From Heptranchias perlo (lineage: Eukaryota): a stretch of DNA of 64,000 nt. The position numbers were made by a program, and so were the translations under genes. Positions 26,145-39,324 of the stretch are shown in pieces (the first letter of the stretch is position 1; each line of letters begins with the position of its first letter). Location: positions 45,818,001-45,882,000 of the forward strand of contig NC_090347.1 of the NCBI RefSeq assembly GCF_035084215.1. Direction: 5' to 3'. The notes beneath the pieces are model-generated. The model was not told the origin of the DNA. It saw nothing but the letters and a program-made list of their open reading frames with translations, and made no database searches.

Positions 26145-29100
26145 ATGGCAGACAGAATGGGTGGAGCGGTAAGAGAGCATGGCCCAAGGTTCTCCGTCAG
26201 CGCACTGGAAGCCTTAGTGGAGGGAGTGCAGGAACGGAGAGCCATCCTATGGTGGCAGGAGACCGTCCAGACATCAGCTGCGGAGGCAGTGGGAGGAAGT
26301 GGCCGTGGAGGGGAATGGCACCACGCACGTGGATACAGTGCCGGAAAATGTTCAATGATTTGACACCAGTGGTCAAGGTGAGTAAATGTAAGTGTCGAGT
26401 GGCACATCCTACCAACTGCACCACTGCTCCACGCCCCCTCACCCACCCACCAACAAACACAGCCCATCGGTAAGCAAAGCTGCACTTCAGATGCTGCATC
26501 TCACCCTTACATAGTAGCACACTTGCAATCCACCCACCCGCCACTCACAGGTCACACACACTGGCAGCTATTCAACCATGACAGGCACATCACCCAAACA
26601 TGTTGCAGGACACTCACTGACACACTTCCCTCTGTCTTGCAGGAGAAGGTGGCGCATAACAGCCGGCAGACCGAAAGACCACAGAGAGGACAAAATTAGT
26701 CTCCACTTGGAGAAGCAAGGATTAATCAGGGATAGTCAACATGGCTTTGTCAAGGGAAGATCATGTCTGACTAATTTGATTGAATTTTTTGAGGGGGTGA
26801 CTAGGCGTGTGGATGAGGGTAACGCAGTGGATGTGGTATACATGGATTTCAGTAAGGCCTTCGATAAAGTCCCCCACAGGAGACTGGTCAAGAAGGTACG
26901 AGCCCATGGAATCCAGGGTGCCTTGGCACTTTGGATACAAAACTGGCTTAGTGGCAGAAGGCAGAGGGTGATGGTCGAAGGTTGTTTTTGTGACTGGAAG
27001 CCTGTGGCCAGTGGGGTACCACAGGGATCGGTGCTGGGTCCCTTGCTGTTTGTGGTCTACATTAATGACTTGGATATGAATGTAAAAGGTATGATCAGTA
27101 AGTTCGCTGATGATACAAAAATTGGTAGGGTGGTAAATAGCGAGGAGGATAGCCTCAGTCTGCAGGACGATATAGATGGGTTGGTCAGATGGGCGGAACA
27201 GTGGCAAATGGAATTTAACCCGGAAAAGTGCGAGGTGATGCACTTTGGAGGGACTAACAAGGCAAGGGAATACACAATGAATGGGAGGACCCTAGGCAAG
27301 ACAGAGGGTCAGAGGGATCTTGGTGTGCAAGTTCACAGATCCCTGAAGGCGGCGGAACAGGTAGATAAGGTGGTAAAGAAGGCATATGGGATACTTGCCT
27401 TTATTAGCCGAGGCATAGAATATAAGAGCAAGGAGGTTATGATGGAGCTGTATAAAACACTGGTTAGGCCACAGCTGGAGTACTGTGTGCAGTTCTGGTC
27501 GCCACACTACAGGAAGGATGTGATCGCTTTGGAGAGGGTGCAGAGGAGATTCACCAGGATGTTACCAGGGCTGGAGCGCTTCAGCTATGAAGAGAGACTG
27601 GGAAGATTGGGTTTGTTTTCCTTGGAGCAGAGGAGGCTGAGGGGGGACATGATTGAGGTGTACAAAATTATGAGGGGCACAGATAGGATGGATACTAAGG
27701 AGCTTTTTCCCTTCGTTGAGGGTTCTATAACAAGGGGACATAGATTCAAGGTAAAAGGCGGGAGGTTTAGAAGGGATTTGAGAAAGAACTTTTTCACCCA
27801 GCGGGTGGTTGGAGTCTGGAACTCACTGCCTGAAAGGGTTGTGGAGGCAGGAACCCTCACAACATTCAAGAAGCATTTGGATGAGCACTTGAAATGCCAT
27901 AGCATACAAGGCTACGGACCAAATGCTGGAATATGGGATTAGAGTAGACAGGGCTGATGGCCGGCGCGGACACGATGGGCCGAAGGGCCTCTCTCCGTGC
28001 TGTATAACTCTATGACTCTATGACTATGAGGACAGGCACGCCTACACGTCCTCACTCCCTTGGAGGAGACCGTGCTACGCATCCTTGGATGGACCGTCGC
28101 TGCGGCTGTGGAGGACCCAATGAAGGGTGTCTCTGCATACCTAATCCTCCTTCTCGTTTCCCACAACTCCCTCATCATCTCTTCTGACTCATGTGCTGCA
28201 GATGGTGTCAGTAGTACTGTCCGAGGAGGAGAAGGAGGGGGACACCGATAACGAAACCACACTGTCACTCGATCTGACACTCACCTCCACCAGCTCAGAG
28301 TACATCCTCTAGAGGCTCGGTTAGAGGAGGGATCGGCACGTGGTGAGACACTGGGCACAAGTGCGCAGGAGCTGGGGCGGGGGGAACTGATGGTACAGGT
28401 GCCAGCTCACTGGAGGGCGAGGTCACACAATGGTTCTGCAGCTAAGGCGTCAGACGATGACTTCGATGGGCCAGGCTACAGAAGACGGCTGATGGGCGTA
28501 CACCACCAAACGCTTTGTGTACTGGAAAGCCTGCCAGAAAGCCTGCGCACAATGTCAAGGGGCATGGAGGAGTCCAACTCGAACTTGGCACAGGGCTTCG
28601 CGAAGAGCTTGGAGCCCATCCTTACCCACATGGAACGGATGGTCACCTCAATCAGCGCACCTGTGGAACCCACCATGATGGCGGATGTTGCGGCCTCCAT
28701 TGCAACACAAACCAACGTCATCAAAGGTCTGCAAGCTTCAGTTGAAGCTCAGACTGCTGCAATGACAGCTCAGACTGCTGCTTTGGAAGCGCAGATTGCT
28801 GCTATCGTGGCTCTGGGGACCACTGTGGAATGGGGCTTCCAGGGCATCACAGCACTCCAGCAATCCGTTCTCCAGCTGATTACATGTGTGTCGTGAGGGC
28901 CCCCCACCGTGTGAGTGGCAGTGGCGCCAAGGCAATCCGGATGACAGCATTCAGGCTCCCACCCCTGCCATTCCACCAGTGCTCTTGCTGTTGCCTGTCA
29001 GTCAGCCAGGCCAGACTCTTGCAGCCCAGGCCGAAATGGTGCAGTCTGAAGCCAGGCCCTCCTGGCCCAGAGGTGGTCGAGGCCATCTGCACGCTCCTCC

Positions 29101-29188
29101 ATTGATGGCCAGTACCCTTCCACCACTCATGCTCCAGCCACTAGGGATGCACCTGGTAGGAGCACTAGGAAAGGAAAAGGCACACTAA
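26145..29188 (+). pseudogene. Harbinger Myb/SANT-like DNA-binding protein gene; spliced, decayed and CR1-interrupted
   Basis: PRFSVSALEALVEGVQERRAIL...WEEVA...RTWIQCRKMFNDL|gtgagt (26377); ttgcag|EKVAHN (26643); resumes at 28028 (QARLHVLTPLEE); coiled-coil-like part at 28390-28896. Confidence 0.75.
26693..28027 (+). mobile_element. Young 5'-truncated CR1 LINE with an uninterrupted RT frame
   Basis: SQHGFVKGRSCLTNL, YMDFSKAFDKVPH, GVPQGSVLGP, KFADDTK with no stops to 27942; (CTATGA)-type tail; candidate TSD GAGGACA at 26686-26692 and 28028-28034. Confidence 0.93.
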
Positions 29189-29418
29189 TGACAGGCACTG
29201 AGGGAATGCACAAGAGTGAATAGTGTAATGTGCTACTACAGTTAATGTGTTACGTTATAAATTTGGATTTGAAGTCGCAGTTGGTGGTGATTTTTATTGA
29301 TGTGATGAGCTGCGGGAGGAGGCAATGTGTAATCACATGGAGAACGATGAGATGGTCATGAGGGAGAGGACAGGTGGGGAGTGTAGGACTGTTGTTGACT
29401 TGGGAGGTGTCGTTGAGG

Positions 29419-30609
29419 TTAGTGATATCGCTCGCAAATAAGGTGAGCACGCAGAGCCCTGGCAGACAGGACTCGTGCACTTCGTTGCCTCCCTGCGTCT
29501 TCCTCCACTTCCTCCTCCATTTCCTTCTCTTCCTCCTCAGCCTCTTCTTCCTCTGCCACTTCCTCCTTTTCCTCTTCATCCTCCTCCTCCACTTCTTCCT
29601 CATCTTCCTCTTCCTCCCCCTCTGCCTCTTGCTCAGGTTCTCGCCTGATAGGCGGTGGCAAGGGCTGTTCCCTCATAAGGGTGAGGTTGTGAAGTGTGCA
29701 GCACACCACGATGAATCTTGACACCCCCTCGGCGGAGAACTGCAGGGCTCCGCCAGAACGGTCCAGGCAGCAGAAGCGCTGGTTTAGCAGGCCTATGGTG
29801 TGCTCGACGATGTTCTTTGTGGTTGCATGGCTCTCGTTGTACGCCTGCTCTGCACACGTGCTTGACCGGGGCGATGAGCCACCTCATGAGGGGATAACCC
29901 TTGTCACCCAGTAGCCAGCCTTTGACTTGCCAGGCCAGTGCAAAGATATTTGGGATGTCGTCGTGACTGCTGTCAGGATAGTGGGCATTGACCTCCAGGA
30001 TGCGGTGTGTGCGGTCGCACACCAGCGGCAGATTGAGGGAGTGGAACCCCTTTCTGTTTGTAAAGATGGCTGAGTTGAGATGTAGAGCACACATGGCTAT
30101 ATGCGTGCAGTCAATAGCACCCTGCTCCATGGGGAAGCCTGCAATGTGCTCGCTTGTTCTGTTTGTCTCTGTCAAGAGGGAACGTGATGAACCTGTTGCG
30201 CAGCTCATACAGAACCTCTGTGACTTCCCTTATGCAGCAGTGCACTGCAAACTGTGAGATGCTGCACATATCGCCAGCAGAGGCCCGAAAGGATCCAGAG
30301 CCGTGAAAGTTCATGTTTACCTTGACAGCCACAGACAGCCCCGCCCTGAGGCTCCAGTTGTGGCTGCAGCAGTTGACAAATCTCCGTCATAACCTCTTTG
30401 GTGAACCGCAGTCTTCAGATGCACTGATCTTCGCTCATGTTGAGGTAAGAGTATTGTTCCCTCAAGGCCCTCATGGGATATGACCTCCTGCTCAGTGCCC
30501 TGCGTCTCCTCCTCCTCCCTCTCCTTGCAGCTTGACCTGCTCTGCGTGGCCATTCTGCATGCTCCCAGTCGTGTTCTATGCCCAGTGGGAGACCTAGCAG
30601 ACCACCCAT
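29419..30609 (-). pseudogene. Harbinger (HARBI1-like) DDE transposase, frameshifted
   Basis: Fragments YLNMSEDQCI*RLRFTKE, GAIDCTHI, NRKGFHSLN, YPDSSHD, WLLGDKGYP, VCCTLHNL, then a Glu-rich tail. Confidence 0.9.
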
Positions 30610-31459
30610 GGTTGCCTGGAATCTTGTTCAGCTCACTGTTGTAAATGATACCAACAGTAATGCAGGACCTGCCTAACCATATACTATCCAAGTATAGGAA
30701 GCTTCAACAAACACGTACAATTGTATCAGCAGCCAGTAGCAGTAATCCAGCCACTAACCTGCAACACCTGCATGATCCCTTCAAATAGCGCTGTTGGAGG
30801 GCAGGGGGGAGGTCCACTAGGCCGTCTAAGACATGTTCAGCTGTTTGGTTCAGAAAGTTTGTTGGCTGGAGCGTTGAGTTCCAAAATCCCTTTAAATCAC
30901 GTTGCATACCGATCTAACGCATATTCTCCCTACTTCACATGCTGCCGGCGTTCGTTATCTGCGCGTGAGCAAACGCCTTTACCAAAATGGCTTCCGGTGC
31001 CCGTCACGCGAGAAGCATGCGTGTGCATTCCAAACGGCATTCTGGGTCCTTAGGAGGCCGCGTAGCACCTGAGAAATGGGCGCTACACAGCCCAATTTCT
31101 AGCCCTATGTCTTTAGCTCAAGAGTGGATAGGGTTGGATAATGAGTGCAAAAGATCATTGATATGGGGAAGGAACAGAGTGATAAAGCTTCCTGGAGTAC
31201 CCCATCCCTGAGTTGATGGGGAAAGAATCATAGGATGAGCCTTCGTTTAGCACAGGTTGGAGAGGACACTTGATAGTGTAGTTAACATCATTCATACTAT
31301 CCTTTGGAACATTCATTTAAATTTTTAACACTTTAATTGGCCATTGCAGCATGCAATATTCTGACTACCAATCGCTTTTACAGCAACTTACCACGACTAA
31401 GGAAAGTTGAAGTAAAACTGATTGATGCCAAAATACTTCAGCCATATTGGTACATTTTC

Positions 31460-31737
31460 GGCTATAAGTACAAGATAGTCACTAATAAATCCAATAGGGA
31501 ATTCTTTACCCAGAGAGTGGTTAGAATGTGGAACTCGCTACCACAAGGAGTAGTTAAATTGAATAACATAGATGTATTTAAGGGGACGCTAGATAAACAC
31601 ATGAGGGAGAAAGGAATAGAAGGTTATACTAATAGGGTTAGATGAAGAGGGGTGGGAAGAGGCTTTTGTTGGAGCATAAACACTGGCATCGACCATTTGG
31701 GCCAAATGGCCTGTTTCTGTGCTGTACATTCTATGTA
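31460..31737 (+). mobile_element. CR1 LINE 3' end
   Basis: FFTQRVVRMWNSLPQGVV; same subfamily as 46930-47297 and 49550-49825. Confidence 0.8.
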
Positions 31738-31860
31738 ATTCATATTCAAAATGTGGAATGCACTCTCTTTTCATTGATTTTGTGCAATATTGACCTGAAG
31801 GAAAGAAAGCCAATGTTACAACTGACACTAGTCAACCCCCCCTCTACACGAATATATCGT

Positions 31861-32629
31861 TTTTTTTATTTGTTCATGGGATGTGGGCGTCGCTGGCGAG
31901 GCCGGCATTTATTGCCCATCCCTAATTGCCCTCGAGAAGGTGGTGGTGAGCCGCCTTCTTGAACCGCTGCAGTCCGTGTGGTGAAGGTTCTCCCACAGTG
32001 CTGTTAGGAAGGGAGTTCCAGGATTTTGACCCAGCGACAATGAAGGAACGGCGATATATTTCCAAGTTGGGCTGGTGTGTGACTTGGAGGGGAACGTGCA
32101 GGTGGTGTTGTCCCAATGTACCTGCTGCCCTTGTCCTTCTAGGTGGTAGAGGTCGCGGGTTTGGGAGGTGCTGTCAAAGAAGCTGCAGTGCATCCTGTGG
32201 ATGGTGCACACTGCAGCCACGGTGCGCCGGTGGTGAAGGGAGTGAATGTTTAGGGTGGTGGATGGGGTGCCAATCAAGTGGGCTGCTTTGTCCTGGATGG
32301 TGTCGAGCTTCTTGAGTGTTGTTGGAGCTGCACTCATCCAGGCAAGTGGAGAGTATTCCATCACACTCCTGACTTGTGCCTTGTAGATGGTGGAAAGGCT
32401 TTGGGGAGTCAGGAGGTGAGTCACTCGCCACAGAATACCCAGCCTCTGACCTGCTCTTGTAGCCACAGTATTTATGCGGCTAGTCCAGTTAAGTTTCTGG
32501 TCAATGGTGACCCCCAGGATGTTGATGGTGGGTGATTTGGCGATGGTAATGCCGTTGAATGTCAAGGGGAGGTGGTTAGACTCTCTCTTGCTGGAGATGG
32601 TCATTGCCTGGCACTTGTCTGGTGCGAAT
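31861..32629 (-). mobile_element. 5'-truncated copy of the same APE-RT LINE family
   Basis: Near-identical to 34351-35135, including the 3' UTR and A-tail. Confidence 0.9.
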
Positions 32630-34350
32630 ATGAGTTATGAACATGTTATTAGGCAGGCAAGTACAGCAACATAGCAAGGTCCTACAAAGAGCAGTGCGAT
32701 GAAGAGCCAGTTAATCTGTTTTTGATGGTGTCGTTCGATGGAGGAATGTTGGGCAAACCCTCTTGCCCCTTTTCGAATAGTGTCATGGGATCTGTAACAT
32801 CCATCTGAACAGCTAGATTTAAATCTGAAAGATGGCACTGTTAGGTTTTCAGGGTTATATGTATGATTCTTGGGCTAGATATCATTGACCACTGCTGTAG
32901 GTGGACCTTGTGTATCCTTTGAACTGGAATGTGCCTTTACTTGGCCAATATCCAGGTGAACGTAACAACTCAGGGATCAATCAAATAACTCTGATCACTA
33001 TACTCTGACCTACTGGAATACATTATGCATTGTCATGTGACCTCCATATCTTTGGTCGGCAGAGTAAATAGACACTCTAACAGATCAAGGCTCCATCTAT
33101 GAACTGACAGATGAATTTGTTTAACACTGAACAGGTATCTGTGCAGTACAAACATTTATAAACTTTATTATTCTCAAATGGCCAAAACAACAAAGATACT
33201 TCTCCTGCTCTACTTCACAACATAAAATTGGTCTTTGAAACTTGATCACTCACTTCTTCTGTGATGAATCATTCCCACGGAGCCTCCGTCCAGCCAGCTA
33301 CAGACTGAGTGCCGAGCTGAGCTAAAGTAGCCAGATGATGGCAGCTGATGATCAGAAGGTCCATTGTCCATCAAAGGGACTACAAAGAAATGTTGGCCCC
33401 ATTCCTCTCACAGGCCGAACCCATGTCTTCGGCCCAGATATAGCTGTCAATCGAAACCGCTACCCCATGGTGACAGTAACCGAGGATGTTCGGAATTGAG
33501 CCTTGATTCATTGCTCTGCCCCACATACTTGGAATGGATTATTGGATGGTCCCCATCCAGTTATAGTGTGAACAATCCAACCATGCACACCAAGGATGGC
33601 CAGAACTACACACGTCCCTGGCTTTCCCCTGTGGTGTGAATATTAGCCAGACCATAATATGTATCCCACGCAACTGGAAAAAACAGCGAGCAGTGACCGT
33701 AACCCTACATGTGTACATTGGCCTACAATAAATAATCCAATACAATAATGTAACAAAGACAAAAACGTTCCAATAATGAAACACTCCCTCAGAAACTGAC
33801 TGATCTGCGGAGACAGGAAGGATATTGTTTCTTTTCAGTGCTTTGATCTAAGTTTGTATTGGAAATTAGATGAACTGCTGCAAACACCGGAAAGGCACAG
33901 AATAATTTATGCAGCCAAATTGCAGCAAAGGAATGTGGATACTGAATCCATATGTGCATGTATTAATGGGGTTGCCAGTTGATATTAATGAGCTGAATTT
34001 TTTTGAAGGTTCATAGTGCAGGAAACCATAAAGGAACAAGGAGGAGGGGAGAAAATGAGGCCAATCAGGAGGCAATGATTAAGGTTTTAAAAGCCTGTAA
34101 ATTATAGAAGGAAGGGAGGACTGAGGGAGGTGAGGAGTTTTGAAGTCCTGCTGAAGTAGGAAGCAGTGAAATAAGTTTTGATTTTAACACAGTGAGGATG
34201 CAGGGAGGAGGGAAGAGATTTGGATTTAGGTGCACTATATGGAGAAGTTCTTTACCATTTACCAAGCTGTTCAGACCCTGTACTGTCGGTCTTGTGGAGC
34301 AGATGGATTTGCTTGGTGATTGTTTGCTTAGGTCAAATAAGATTGCTTCT

Positions 34351-37300
34351 TTTTTTTTTATTCGTTCACGGGATGTGGGCGTCGCTGGCAAGGCCGGCAT
34401 TTATTGCCCATCCCTAATTGCCCTTGAGAAGGTGGTGGTGAGCCGCCTTCTTGAACCGCTGCAGTCCGTGTGGTGACGGTTCTCCCACAGTGCTGTTAGG
34501 AAGGGAGTTCCAGGATTTTGACCCAGCGACGATGAAGGAACGGCGATATATTTCCAAGTCGGGATGGTGTGTGACTTGGAGGGGAACGTGCAGGTGGTGT
34601 TGTTCCCATGCGCCTGCTGCTCTTGTCCTTTTAGGTGGTAGAGGTCGCGGGTTTGGGAGGTGCTGTCGAAGAAGCCTTGACGAGTTGCTGCAGTGCATCC
34701 TGTGGATTGTGCACACTGCAGCCACAGTGCGCCGGTGGTGAAGGGAGTGGATGTTTAGGGTGGTGGATGGGGTGCCAATCAAGTGGGCTGCTTTATCTTG
34801 GATGGTGTCGAGCTTCTTGAGTGTTGTTGGAGCTGCACTCATCCAGGCAAGTGGAGAGTATTCCATCACACTCCTGACTTGTGCCTTGTGGATGGTGGAA
34901 AGGCTTTGGGGAGTCAGGAGGTGAGTCACTCGCCGCAGAATACCCAGCCTCTGACCTGCTCTCGTAGCCACAGTATTTATATGGCTGGTCCAGTTAAGTT
35001 TCTGGTCAATGGTGACCCCCAGGATGTTGATGGTGGGGGATTCGGTGATGGTAATGCCGTTGAATGTCAAGGGGAGGTGGTTAGACTCTCTCTTGTTGGA
35101 GATGGTCATTGCCTGGCACTTATCTGGCGCGAATGTTACTTGCCACTTATGAGCCCAAGCCTGGATGTTGTCCAGGTCTTGCTGCATGCAGGCTCGGACT
35201 GCTTCATTATCTGAGGGGTTGCGAATGGAACTGAACACTGTGCAGTCATCAGCGAACATCCCCATTTCTGACCTTATGATGGTCATTGATGAAGCAGCTG
35301 AAGATGGTTGGACCTAGGACACTGCCCTGAGGAACTCCTGCAGCAATGCCCAGGGGCTGAGATGATTGGCCTCCAACAACCACTACCATCTTCCTTTGTG
35401 CTCGGTATGACTCCAGCCACTGGAGAGTTTTCCCCCTGATTCCCATTGACTTCAATTTTACTAGGGCTCCTTGGTGCCACACTCGGTCAAATGCTGCCTT
35501 GATATCAAGGGCAGTCACTCTCACCTCACCTCTGGAATTCAGCTCTTTTGTCCATGTTTGGACCAAGGCTGTAATGAGGTCTGGAGCCGAGTGGTCCTGG
35601 CAGAACCCAAACTGAGCATCGGTGAGCAGGTTATTGGTGAGTAAGTGCCGCTTGATAGCACTGTCGACGACACCTTCCATCACTTTGCTGATGATTGAGA
35701 GTAGACTGATGGGGCGGTAATTGGCCGGATTGGATTTGTCCTGCTTTTTGTGGACAGGACATACCTGGGCAATTTTCCACATTGTCGGGTAGATGCCAGT
35801 GTTGTAGCTGTACTGGAACAGCTTGGCTAGAGGCGCAGCTAGTTCTGGAGCACAAGTCTTCAGCACTACAGCTGGGATGTTGTCGGGGCCCATAGCCTTT
35901 GCTGTATCCAGTGCACTCAGCCGTTTCTTGATATCACGTGGAGTGAATCGAATTGGCCGAAGACTGGCTTCCGTGATGGTGGGGATATCGGGAGGAGGCT
36001 GAGATGGATCATCCACTCGGCACTTCTGGCTGAAGATGGTTGCAAACGCTTCAGCCTTGTCTTTTGCACTCACGTGCTGGACTCCGCCATCATTGAGGCT
36101 GGGGATGTTTACAGAGCCTCCTCCTCCCGTTAGTTGTTTAATTGTCCACCACCATTCACGACTGGATGTGGCAGGACTGCAGAGCTTTGATCTGATCCAT
36201 CAGTTGTGGAATCGCTTAGCTCTGTCTATAGCATGTTGCTTCCGCTGTTTAGCATGCATGTCGTCCTGAGTTGTAGCTTCACCAGGTTGGCACCTCATTT
36301 TTAGGTACACCTGGTGCTGCTCCTGGCATGCTCTTCTACACTCCTCATTGAACCAGGGTTGATCCCCTGGCTTGTTGGTAATGGTAGAGTGAGGAATATG
36401 CCAGGCCATGAGGTTACAGATTGTGCTGGAATACAATTCTGCTGCTGCTGATGGCCCACAGCGCCTCATGGATGCCCAGTTTTGAGCTGCTAGATCTGTT
36501 CTGAATCTATCCCATTTAGCACGGTGGTAGTGCCACACAACACGTTGGATGGTGTCCTCAGTGCGAAGACGGGACTTCATCTCCACGATGACTCTGCGGT
36601 GGTCACTCCTACCAATACTGTCATGGACAGATGCATTTGCGACAGGTAGATTGGTGAGGACGAGGTCAAGTAAGTTTTTCCCTCACCACCTGCCGCAGGC
36701 CCAGTCTGGCAGCTATGTTCTTCAGGACTCGGCCAGCTCGGTCAGTAGTGGTGCTACCGAGCCACTCTTGGTGATGGACATTGAAGTCCCCCACCCAGAG
36801 TACATTCTGTGCCCTTGATACCCTCAGTGCTTCCTCCAAGTGGTGTTCAACATGGAGGAGGACTGATTCATCAGCTGAGGGAGGACGGTAGGTGGTAATC
36901 AGCAGGAGGTTTCCTTGCCCATGTTTGACCTGATGCCATGAGATTTCATGGGGTCCAGAGTCAATGTTGAGGACTCCCAGGGCCGCTCCCTCCTGACTGT
37001 ATATCACTGTACCGCCACCTCTGGTGGGTCTGTCCTGCCGGTGGGACAGGACATACCCAGGGATGGTGATGGAAGAGTCTGGGACGTTGGCTGAAAGGTA
37101 TGATTCTGTGAGTATGGCTATGTCAGGCTGTTGCTTGACTAGTCTGTGGGACAGCTCTCCCAATTTTGGCACAAGTCCCCAGATGTTAGTCAGGAGGACC
37201 TTGCAGGGTCGACTGGGCTTGGTGTTTTGCCGTTGTCGTGTCCGGTGCCTTGTGGTCCGATGCCGGGTGGTCCGTCCGGTTTTATTCTTATTATGACTTT

Positions 37301-37668
37301 TCGTAGCGAGATTTTACAACTGAGTGGTTTGCTTGGCCATTTCAGAGGGTGATTAAGAATCAACCAACATTGCTGTGGGTCTGGAGTCACATATAGGCCA
37401 GACCGGGTAAGGACGGCAGGTTTCCTTCCCTGAAGGACATTAGTGAACCAGATGGGTTTTTACGACAATCCGGTAGTTTCATGGCCATCATTGCTGATAC
37501 TAGTATTTTAATTCCAGATTTTTATTTAATTAATTTAATTTAATTTATTAATTAATTGAATTTAAATTCGCCAGCTGCCGTGGCAGGATTTGAGCTCATG
37601 ACTCTGGATTTTAGTCCAGGCCTCTGGATTACTAGCCCAGTAACATAACCACTATGCTACCATACCCG
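34351..37668 (-). mobile_element. Near full-length APE-RT LINE (CR1 group, Zenon-like) with a tRNA-derived 5' head
   Basis: APE (NIWGL, LTESYL, GDFNVHH) and RT (YRPISLLS, ALDIKAAFDRVWH, GVPQGSVLGP, FADD) in frameshifted pieces 37172-34414; poly(A) at 34351-34359; A box TAGCATAGTGG and B-box-like GAGCTCAAATCC at 37585-37660; GCTTCT flanks both ends (34345-34350, 37669-37674). Confidence 0.9.
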
Positions 37669-37974
37669 GCTTCTCTTTGGCACCATAGGACTGAACCTGA
37701 CCCTCACTCCTTGCCCTGACCGCAAGTGTGGATTCACGGGTGTGCAGCCTTGAACTAGCAGACCATGACGGGGGAGGGGGGGTGGGGGCGGGATTCCACA
37801 AGCCACACTAGCAGGGATCACAGGTCGGAGATAGACCTGCAGCATTTTAACCCCATTCTTTGACTTGTGCTGCCTGTGAGCGTAACCTCACTGGGAGCGA
37901 ATGATTGTGAAATTACCCTACAGGGCATGGTATGACTGTAATTGCTGTCTGTACACAATGGCCTGGTTACACAA

Positions 37975-38702
37975 TGGGCCAGATCTTGCTGAGAAAATGA
38001 CTGCATCTGAATAACACACATTAATGCGCAAATCGGCCAGCAACTTGTGGCGAGGAAGAGATATCCTGTGAATTGCGAATTGCCGCAAGTTGCTGGTCAG
38101 TTTGTGCCTCTCCGCCGTTAGCCTCGTGAAAATGGCCGTGATTTTCATGAAGTTGCTGCATTTGCACATTAATTACCCATTAAACTCGCCACAGAGAGTT
38201 AGGTCTAGTAATTAACAGCGTAAGTACCCTTTTAACAACATGATAATTATTAGACTGCCAATCAACCTCTCTTGCCCAGAAAGTGACCAATTATATGTGT
38301 GGAGTCTCATTCCTTCAGGTTGTGAATTGTTTTAGGAGATTTTAAAAATGTCAAATTTTAAATTTTTAAAATTTTTTTCTTAATTTTCCTTTCTGTCTCT
38401 CTTAATCCAATCTTTCCCTCTTATTTCTCTTTCTGTGCCTGATTTGACATTGAATTCACCCCCTTTAATTCAGTCCTTGCTCTGTTTATTTCTCAATCCT
38501 TTAATCTCATTGGTGAAGGAGATAGACTGTTTGCCCTATTGTTCACCAAGGTCCCAGATGCCCGGTTGTCCTTGCCACGCTGTTATCAGCTCACACTTCC
38601 AGCAACTTCATGGGCAAACAATTTTAAAACCTAAACGTGCAATTATTAATCTAACTAACGGGGCACGCTGCTAGATGGCCCATCTCAGCAAAATCTGGTC
38701 CA
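37975..38702. mobile_element. Non-autonomous TIR element (Harbinger-like termini)
   Basis: tgggccagatcttgctgaga / tctcagcaaaatctggtcca. A related, oppositely oriented copy lies at about 63093-63695, cut by a CR1. Confidence 0.75.
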
Positions 38703-39324
38703 AAGTGCTGAAGGCTGTTCCAGCTCAGGGATACAAGCTGCAACGAATGAGTTAAACTTTTCCTGTGCTCTGTATTCCCAGTTGGAAGACCTGTTTTTGG
38801 ACTTGAATATCTCCGTTGTGTCACTGTTCTGGATGAACCTGGCAGGCGGCTGCAATCTGCCGTTCGCTCATGATATTTCACATCTGAATATAAATGAACA
38901 CCAGCCTTTCAGTCAGAGTGTCGCACCAGTGCTCCATACAGCGCGAGCTGGGAGTTATGTAATGCGCCTGTGGTTTGGGTCCACAGCTCACCTTTAAATT
39001 CAACACCGTGGGCAAACATCGCAGATTATTTATTCATGCTGAGATTTATGTTGGAGAGCTGGCCGTCTGGGAAAGTGAAAAACAAGGATGAGTCTCCCAG
39101 AGCTGACTCACCAGTGGGTTGAAACCGCCCATGCGCACACGAAAGGGGCCACACAGCCAGCGGTGACACATATCGCAAATCTGGGCATGTGCTCCGTGCA
39201 ATTTTCGGACCATAATGGTTGGAAAATGGTGCACAGCCCATTCCTGAATTCCCTGCAGGTGAGGCTTCCCCTGGAATTCCTAAGTTGGAATTTCACCCAT
39301 CAAGTGATTGTTAACGGACTGTAA

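Larger units (their letters stand above)
25921..31106. mobile_element. Degenerate PIF/Harbinger DNA transposon (transposase and Myb/SANT genes, convergent)
   Basis: Loose termini ggggttaaatt ... aatttctagccct with atc/atg flanks, enclosing both diagnostic genes. Confidence 0.8.

Noticed and set aside
26578-27942. 454-aa ORF as a domesticated RT gene
   Set aside because: The ATG lies in a Harbinger intron, and the rest is an ordinary 5'-truncated young CR1 with tail and TSD.
29250-29721. Arg/Lys-rich and Leu/Phe-rich ORFs
   Set aside because: Alternative frames of the GAG/GAA repeat in the transposase tail.
32838-33755. Possible LTR (tgtta...taaca)
   Set aside because: No matching target-site duplication and no ordered promoter/poly(A) signals that I could support.
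37575-37668. tRNA gene
   Set aside because: Has A/B boxes but no convincing cloverleaf, and is continuous with a retroelement body; the same applies to the DeuSINE heads.
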